From contig JBDRPX010000012.1 of assembly GCA_043826565.1 (NCBI GenBank), positions 7,974 to 71,973 of the forward strand: 64,000 nt of DNA. Reading direction: 5' to 3'. The notes beneath the pieces are model-generated. The model searched no databases. It was not told where the DNA came from and saw only the letters and a program-made list of their open reading frames with translations. The DNA comes from Candidatus Omnitrophota bacterium (lineage in GTDB: Bacteria; Omnitrophota; Gorgyraeia; B26-G9). Positions 59,393 through 64,000 of the stretch are shown piece after piece; position 1 is the first letter of the stretch; each line of letters opens with the position of its first letter. A program made the position numbers and the translations under genes.

Positions 59393-59463
59393 TCTTAACC
59401 GGCCAGCTTTTTTATGTAACTAGCTTATGATTAAGGTGTTAGGCGATGGAGCTATTTGACTTT

Positions 59464-59492
59464 TTGAAAAGTCTAATAAAATATGGTATACT
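59464..59492 (+). promoter_or_regulatory. Promoter of the riboswitch leader
   Basis: TTGAAA-17-TATACT with extended TG. Confidence 0.6.
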
Positions 59493-59513
59493 TTAATTAG
59501 AGAGTATAAGGGA

Positions 59514-59622
59514 ACTCTATACCGATAATAGCAAACTCAGCGAAAGCTGGGGACGCAAAGCTCCAGAGCCTGAACCCGCCGAGAACTGCGGCGGAATGGC
59601 AGTCAGCTACCGAAGATAGGGT
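59514..59622 (+). ncRNA. GEMM-I cyclic-dinucleotide riboswitch, A20 (c-AMP-GMP-type) variant
   Basis: CGATAATAGCAAACTCAGC-GAAA-GCTGGGGACGCAAAGC...CAGCTACCGAA; P1 ACTCTAT/ATAGGGT. Confidence 0.92.
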
Positions 59623-59643
59623 AATTTTTTTTGGAATTACTTT

Positions 59644-59681
59644 ACCCCGTGGTGTAGCTATTGCCGCGGGGTTTTTTATTT
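59644..59681 (+). terminator. Riboswitch expression-platform terminator
   Basis: ACCCCGTGGTG..TTGCCGCGGGGT followed by TTTTTATTT, before the pilin RBS. Confidence 0.85.
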
Positions 59682-59695
59682 GCGAGATAAGGAGA

Positions 59696-60097
59696 GTGAT
59701 GATGGTTAGAATAAAAAAAGATAGGAGAGGTTTTAGTTTAGTTGAAATAATGATCGTTTGTTTATTTTTGGTTATTATTGTTTTTGGATTTATTTATCTT
59801 TTTAATGTCAGCTTATACTTGAACGAACAAACAAGAAATTCTATTATCGCGATCAATGACGCCGTTGCTGTGGTAGAGCGGATTAAAAATATTGAGCCGT
59901 TTTCTGTAACAAATTTAATCGCCGGTTATCCGGATGCGGGGTATATTGCCGGATATAATAATTTGGATAGTGAAAGCGTGCAGGTTAATTATGGGAATTT
60001 GGCGGCAGATCCGGTATTGGTAACGGTAACCGTGACTTGGCAGGGGAAAGAGCGTATTTTTTCAGAAGAGGTATCTACTTTTGTGACTAAACGATAA
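59696..60097 (+). CDS. Minor pilin, PilV-like (triad 2)
   Basis: RG|FSLVEIMI, VTVTVTW. Confidence 0.85.
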   Translation: MMMVRIKKDRRGFSLVEIMIVCLFLVIIVFGFIYLFNVSLYLNEQTRNSIIAINDAVAVVERIKNIEPFSVTNLIAGYPDAGYIAGYNNLDSESVQVNYGNLAADPVLVTVTVTWQGKERIFSEEVSTFVTKR

Positions 60098-60118
60098 GAA
60101 TGGAAGACGGAGCTTACA

Positions 60119-60961
60119 ATGGGAAATAAAAAGATTAATAATAACAGAATAACTTCAGTGCGCGGAGTATCTTTAACGGAACTTCTAATTGTAAGTGTTA
60201 TTTTTTGCTTTATTACCGCGGTCTTATTAACAGTTTTATCTGTTTCTAAAAGCGCCTGGTATATTTCGGATACGCGCTCGGATGTTTACACTAATGCAAA
60301 GAAAGCAATGAGTGAGATGTTTATGGAGCTATTGGAGACCTCCAGCGGCGCCGTCGAAACATTTACTTTTATTGATCCGATAGACGGCGAATATAGAGAA
60401 TGTCTTTGGTTTGCTTCCGGAAGAGGAAGTGCTTCTGCGGCCGGAGAAGACGGCAGTGCAAATAATAGTTATGTGCATCTTGACGCGGATAATGTAGTAA
60501 GCTGGCGCGCGCTTGTTGTATACGCGATATATGAAACTCCGGATGGAGTGCAGCAATTAAGGCGTTATGTTGATCATGGGTCATCAACCGCATATTATAG
60601 CGGAGGTAATATTTTCCCGCTTACTTTTCTTTCCGCAACAACGACAACACTTAATTTTTTAGAAGCTGATGGAGTAACTGTTATTAGTATTAATCGAACC
60701 GGCGGAAGGGTTTTGGCGAATTATGTGGAAACCGAAGATACCAACAACAATGCAGTTTTAGATAGTAATGAGGATGATGGGGATATAAGTCAACCCCAGG
60801 ATAATGCTGACGGAGTACTTAATTCCGGTGTGAATTTTACAAAAAATGTAGGTAGTGTGGACATTACTTTATTTCTAAGAAGAGAAACAACTGCTCTAAG
60901 GGGAAGCGGTAGGGTATTAACGAGTACTTTAAGAAATACAGTTAAATTTCGTCAGCCATAG
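60119..60961 (+). CDS. Minor pilin, PilW-like with acidic Ca-binding-like insert (triad 2)
   Basis: RG|VSLTELLI, EDTNNNAVLDSNEDDGD, VKFRQ tail. Confidence 0.82.
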   Translation: MGNKKINNNRITSVRGVSLTELLIVSVIFCFITAVLLTVLSVSKSAWYISDTRSDVYTNAKKAMSEMFMELLETSSGAVETFTFIDPIDGEYRECLWFASGRGSASAAGEDGSANNSYVHLDADNVVSWRALVVYAIYETPDGVQQLRRYVDHGSSTAYYSGGNIFPLTFLSATTTTLNFLEADGVTVISINRTGGRVLANYVETEDTNNNAVLDSNEDDGDISQPQDNADGVLNSGVNFTKNVGSVDITLFLRRETTALRGSGRVLTSTLRNTVKFRQP

Positions 60962-60981
60962 TGTTGAAAAAGGAGGCGTTT

Positions 60982-62043
60982 ATGTTAAAAAATGAAAAAG
61001 GAATGGTTTTAATCGTATTGTATTTGGTAGTGGGAGTATTGCTGGTATTTGTGGGAATGTTTTCATACAAAAGTATGTGGCAGGCCAAGACAGTGGAACG
61101 CTATAAAAATGGGGTAACATCTTTTTATTGCGCGGAAGCAGCTATTGACAAGGCTGTGGCAAAGTTGCCGAGCAATACTTCTTCGGAAAGCAATGTTGTT
61201 TTAAGTGATACCGGCGGGCAAGCTAGGGGAGAATTTTCTTATGTTGTTACCACTGTTGAAGTAGGTAAAAAATGGAAAGTGGAAAGTTGGGGCTATGTTC
61301 CGGATCAGGCTACGGCGGTTTCCGCCAGCAATTTGGAAGCTTATGTTGCTAAACAGGATCTGCCGTCTAATTTCTGGGAAAATGCGATATACACTGCGGG
61401 AAATGTAAGAGTTAACGGCAGTGCTTATGATATAGACGGAGATATTCGTTATGGAGGGTCGATGCTTCCCGGAGCATTGGATCCGACGATCTTTAGCGGA
61501 ACCTCTTATCCGGACGCAAGTATTAACCCTTTGGTGAGGTTAGATTATGACAATCTTAAACTTATTGCCGAAGCTCAGATTAAAGCTGACGGAAGCGATA
61601 ATGTTTACACCTTTAGTGAAATAGCTGCGGGAAATCCGCCGTTTCCCTCGACTTTTTGGTTTGATAGTTCAGACGCTGATCCTACAAAATGGGTTCCTAA
61701 TGTTGTCTATGTGGAAACAGATTTAATCCTCAACGGAAATGTTGGGACGATTGGAGGATTTTTACTGGTCGTCGGAGATGTTGTTACTAATCCGGGAGCA
61801 ACTTCAGAAACCATTATCAACGGAAACGGCCAAATTGACGGCTGTGTTTATAGTACCGGGCAGTTTCGAATTAATGGCGGTGGAGCAGGTCTTAATGTGC
61901 ATGGCGGAGTGTGGTCAGGCAGTGATGGGGTTCGTTTAAACGGCAGTATAACCATAGAATATGATGAAGACTATATGAATGCGATACGAGATGTTATTTG
62001 TCCAAGTTCAACTATACAGATTATTTCCTGGCGTAAGTTATAA
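60982..62043 (+). CDS. Minor pilin, PilX-like with beta-helical C-terminus (triad 2)
   Basis: KG|MVLI, FYCAEAAI, INGNG repeats, ISWRK end. Confidence 0.82.
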   Translation: MLKNEKGMVLIVLYLVVGVLLVFVGMFSYKSMWQAKTVERYKNGVTSFYCAEAAIDKAVAKLPSNTSSESNVVLSDTGGQARGEFSYVVTTVEVGKKWKVESWGYVPDQATAVSASNLEAYVAKQDLPSNFWENAIYTAGNVRVNGSAYDIDGDIRYGGSMLPGALDPTIFSGTSYPDASINPLVRLDYDNLKLIAEAQIKADGSDNVYTFSEIAAGNPPFPSTFWFDSSDADPTKWVPNVVYVETDLILNGNVGTIGGFLLVVGDVVTNPGATSETIINGNGQIDGCVYSTGQFRINGGGAGLNVHGGVWSGSDGVRLNGSITIEYDEDYMNAIRDVICPSSTIQIISWRKL

Positions 62044-62057
62044 CAGCTAAGGTTTGG

Positions 62058-62086
62058 TTGACGCGGTTTTTTATATAGGTTATACT
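62058..62086 (+). promoter_or_regulatory. Promoter for triad 3
   Basis: TTGACG-17-TATACT. Confidence 0.6.
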
Positions 62087-62161
62087 TAACAAGTAAACTA
62101 TATATTTAACAAAATATTAGTTTATATTATTAATGAACTAAAGATGGATAATGAGGTTGAA

Positions 62162-62575
62162 ATGCGCAATAGACAGGGAAAAGGGTTTACCCTTATTGAG
62201 CTGTTGATCAGTTTGACAGTAATGTCGATAGTCCTGCTCGGCATAATCTCCGGATATATCGGATGTATATCCATAAACGAGATGTCGAAGAGTACAACTA
62301 TCGCTACCGAAGATGCCCGGAAAGTGATTGAACAAATGCGCAGTTACGCGGTTAGCTCCTTGACGAATATAACTAATGAAAATTGGACGACCTGGGCGGC
62401 GGCTAATGGGTTGAATGCTTTGGACTCTGAGCAGATCACCGTGACCTATTTTGATAATGACGGAAACGGAAATGCTTTGGATGATGATCCTTTGGAAGTG
62501 CGGGTGAGTGTGTCCTGGCAGGACAGACAGCGCGCCAGAAGCCTGAATATGGGAACATTACTAACGGTAAGATAA
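62162..62575 (+). CDS. Minor pilin, PilV-like (triad 3)
   Basis: KG|FTLIELLI, DPLEVRVSVSW; paralog of 59696. Confidence 0.85.
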   Translation: MRNRQGKGFTLIELLISLTVMSIVLLGIISGYIGCISINEMSKSTTIATEDARKVIEQMRSYAVSSLTNITNENWTTWAAANGLNALDSEQITVTYFDNDGNGNALDDDPLEVRVSVSWQDRQRARSLNMGTLLTVR

Positions 62576-63106
62576 GTGATGATAAATATGAAAAAAGGAG
62601 AAAGCGGATTTACTTTTGTTGAATTAATGGTTGTAGTCTCTATTTTCGGGATGATTGTCATCGTTATCGCGGCAATTTTATCCGGCGGAAGGCGGGCCTG
62701 GCTGACCAGCGAAGCGCAGATTGATGTCCATTCCTCGGTACGCGGGGCGATGAGCAGGATAACTGAGGAAATCGGCGGGGCTGGCCCGGGGAATGTTTCC
62801 ATTACTAATATTAGCGCGAGTGAGGATAATATTACTTTCCGGAATCCGATTTCTTTTACCAGCGGCGCGGTAGTTTGGAGTGATCAAATTCAATTTTCTC
62901 TGGGCGGTCTTAACGGGCAGCAGATTGTCCGGACTAATCTTAATACCGGAGCAACGGATAATTTTGGGAATTATATTACAACATTACAATTTGCGCAGCC
63001 GGCAACGGATATTATTGAAGTGGGGCTGGTAACAGCCCGTCAGTCGGTTATCGGTGATAATTTACAGATGCAGTTGACTTCTCAGGTGACGCTGCGTAAC
63101 AGATAA
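62576..63106 (+). CDS. Minor pilin, PilW-like (triad 3)
   Basis: SG|FTFVELMV, VTLRN tail. Confidence 0.85.
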   Translation: MMINMKKGESGFTFVELMVVVSIFGMIVIVIAAILSGGRRAWLTSEAQIDVHSSVRGAMSRITEEIGGAGPGNVSITNISASEDNITFRNPISFTSGAVVWSDQIQFSLGGLNGQQIVRTNLNTGATDNFGNYITTLQFAQPATDIIEVGLVTARQSVIGDNLQMQLTSQVTLRNR

Positions 63107-63118
63107 GGGAGGTATGCT

Positions 63119-64000
63119 GTGAATAAGCATCTTAAGAATTTAACAAAAAAACTGCAGAGTGAAGACGGCGCGGCAATGGTATTTCTTTTTATGGTAATGA
63201 TTGTTCTGACCATTCTGTTTATTTCGTTTATGTCGCGAAGTGTCGGCGATAACCGGGCGGCGCAAGGCAATAAGGATGTTCTGCAGGCATGGTACTTAGC
63301 GGAAGCAGGTATTGATCAGGTAAAACGGGAATTATATGAGTTGTTCTCGGTGTATTATGTTACTCAGGGGCAGACCACAACGGCATTTACGTGGTTTGAT
63401 GATCTGACTACTGATCCGACAAGTAAATACCCGGGTATCCCGACCGGTCAAACATTAACCAGCGTATCCGGAGGTTCTTATACTGTACAAATAACCGCAG
63501 TGGATACAGCTACGGCAGTGCCTAAAGATATTACGGTTGTCAGTACGGCTACGGTGAATAATGTTTCTAAAAGTGTAACTGCGGTTATCCGTTATTCCAT
63601 GAGCCCTTCTAAAGTATTTGATTTCTCTTATTTTGTTAATAATTACGGCTGGTTTTGGGGCGGCGGAATAACCAGCCAGGGAGATATCCGTTCCAACGGT
63701 GATTTTAGTTTTGGCGGTAATCCGGAAGTAAACGGAGATGTTTATGCTTCGGTAAATCCGGATCTGGGCGCCGCCGGAACAATTGGCGGTAATCACAAAA
63801 ATGATACGCTTAGCCAGTATTGGACACAGGCTGATGCTCAGGCCCGCCCGACAAACCCCACAGCTAATCCGCAGGATATTGACGGAGACGGCATCGATGA
63901 AGAATTTGATTATGAGCATGGGTATGACGGGGATAGTGAGGAATTTCCCTCACAGCAGTTATTAGATATGCCGTATCTGGGCAATCTTGATTATTATAAA
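63119..64000 (+). CDS. PilX-like protein, truncated by window end (triad 3; not in ORF track)
   Basis: GTG after GGAGG; MNKHLKNLTKKLQSEDG|AAMVFLF..AWYLAEAGI; later DIDGDGIDE. Confidence 0.82.
   Translation, partial: MNKHLKNLTKKLQSEDGAAMVFLFMVMIVLTILFISFMSRSVGDNRAAQGNKDVLQAWYLAEAGIDQVKRELYELFSVYYVTQGQTTTAFTWFDDLTTDPTSKYPGIPTGQTLTSVSGGSYTVQITAVDTATAVPKDITVVSTATVNNVSKSVTAVIRYSMSPSKVFDFSYFVNNYGWFWGGGITSQGDIRSNGDFSFGGNPEVNGDVYASVNPDLGAAGTIGGNHKNDTLSQYWTQADAQARPTNPTANPQDIDGDGIDEEFDYEHGYDGDSEEFPSQQLLDMPYLGNLDYYK

Overview
Bacterial chromosomal window (moderately AT-rich, almost all genes on +). The gene content (type IV filament genes, PEP-CTERM, AsmA/TamB-like and TPR proteins, Fe-S enzymes) suggests an anaerobic diderm, plausibly PVC/Omnitrophota-like; this is inference only. 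1-23.7 kb: a signalling/pilus island between two TonB-dependent receptors. It holds 4 histidine kinases, 10 stand-alone receivers (15 REC domains in total, none with a DNA-binding output), 3 stand-alone HTH proteins and a type IV pilus-like cluster (PilB, PilC, pilin, PilV/W/X-like, fused PilM-PilN, PilO, PilP-like; no secretin, PilT or peptidase). 24-41 kb: flavoprotein, ferritin-like protein, mutS-mutL, envelope proteins, MFS, def, cyclophilin, glycoside hydrolase. 41.7-44.7 kb: minus-strand genes separated by integron attC sites with no integrase (CALIN-like). 50.8-57.6 kb: an Rrf2-led sulfur-insertion/Fe-S operon (thi4, larE, mnmA, nadA), then DUF362 and a ferredoxin. 59.5-64 kb: a GEMM-I riboswitch with the A20 (c-AMP-GMP-type) signature and a terminator, ahead of two further minor-pilin triads. 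Intergenic DNA is full of structured repeats: about 11 heptamer-periodic elements, a ~230-bp element present as an inverted pair around mutS-mutL, and a 180-bp palindrome. No rRNA, tRNA, CRISPR or transposase was seen.
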